DNA of 20,759 nucleotides from Macrostomum lignano (Eukaryota), in contig NIVC01005080.1 in assembly GCA_002269645.1 (NCBI GenBank), forward strand, positions 1 to 20,759, given 5' to 3'. Below, piece after piece: positions 20,259 to 20,759 of the stretch. Position numbers and translations under genes: made by a program. The notes beneath the pieces are model-generated. The model searched no databases and was not told the DNA's origin. It saw only the letters and a list, made by a program, of their open reading frames with translations. Every line of letters begins with the position of its first letter. The first letter of the stretch is position 1.

Positions 20259-20277
20259 GGCCTCAGCAGTCGCACAC

Positions 20278-20570
20278 CTGAGGATCACAGCTAACAATAT
20301 TGAGCAGGGACTCCAGCGAGTAGCTGCAGAGGTCTGGATCGCTGCGGTCCTTCTCCAGCACGTCGCACAGCAGCCGCATAGCCTGGGTGCCAACTTCTAA
20401 CCGGAATTTCTTCGACAAAGATTTTATAGCTCGCAAAGCGTCGCGTCTGTCGTCAATAAGTGTGAGGACTCTAGCCGGTGGCAGAGTTTTTCAACTGTAT
20501 CAGCACGCCGCTAGGGGCTTCGCCGCCGCACGCCAGCACCGGATGCTTGAAAATAACTCCATAGAGACAT
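20278..20570 (-). CDS. USO1: p115 exon 1; frameshifts near 20463 and 20505, start codon uncertain (ATG at 20570 or 20562)
   Basis: ADTVEKLCHRLESS, frameshift, then LIDDRRDALRAIKSLSKKFRLEVGTQAMRLLCDVLEKDRSDPDLCSYSLESLLNIVSCDPQ matches human ETIQKLCDRVASSTLLDDRRNAVRALKSLSKKYRLEVG. Donor CAG|GTGTGC at 20278/20277. Not listed in the ORF track. Confidence 0.88.
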
Positions 20571-20759
20571 GGTGTTATCTCGCTGCCTGCAAAACCAGTT
20601 TAGCTTATTAATATTGTGCGATTTATTTAATAACCTTAAGCTTTCACTGTGTAGAAAGAGAAACTGTTATTCCATTTGACTTGTTAATATTACATTTGTC
20701 CTCATCATAAATAAACTTGTGTGGCATTGTAACCTACCTACTTTATAGTAGCTGTGTTA

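Overview
Eukaryotic (animal) genomic window with GC-rich spliced exons, GT-AG introns and many tandem repeats. This architecture resembles the flatworm Macrostomum lignano, but the species is an inference and was not verified. Three genes can be reconstructed: (1) a divergent P2X purinoceptor-like gene on + (~1865-3909, one clear intron), (2) RPL26 on - (coding exons 10004-9696 and 8217-8095, intact, 143 aa), and (3) USO1/p115 on - (7 exons, ~20570-13481). The P2X and USO1 copies carry several small frameshifts but no in-frame stops in the conserved blocks, which fits long-read assembly error or recent decay. About half of the window is mini/microsatellite with units of 4, 12, 12, 20, 20-22, 22, 23, 24, 34 and 34 bp. 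Nearly every intron holds its own array, and most long ORFs in the supplied track are repeat artefacts. I see no evidence for CRISPR, RNA genes or an intact mobile element, and no convincing new multi-gene system. The best leads are the loss of the ATP-binding NFR motif in the P2X protein and a perfect 315-bp duplication in USO1 that creates a potential in-frame cassette exon.
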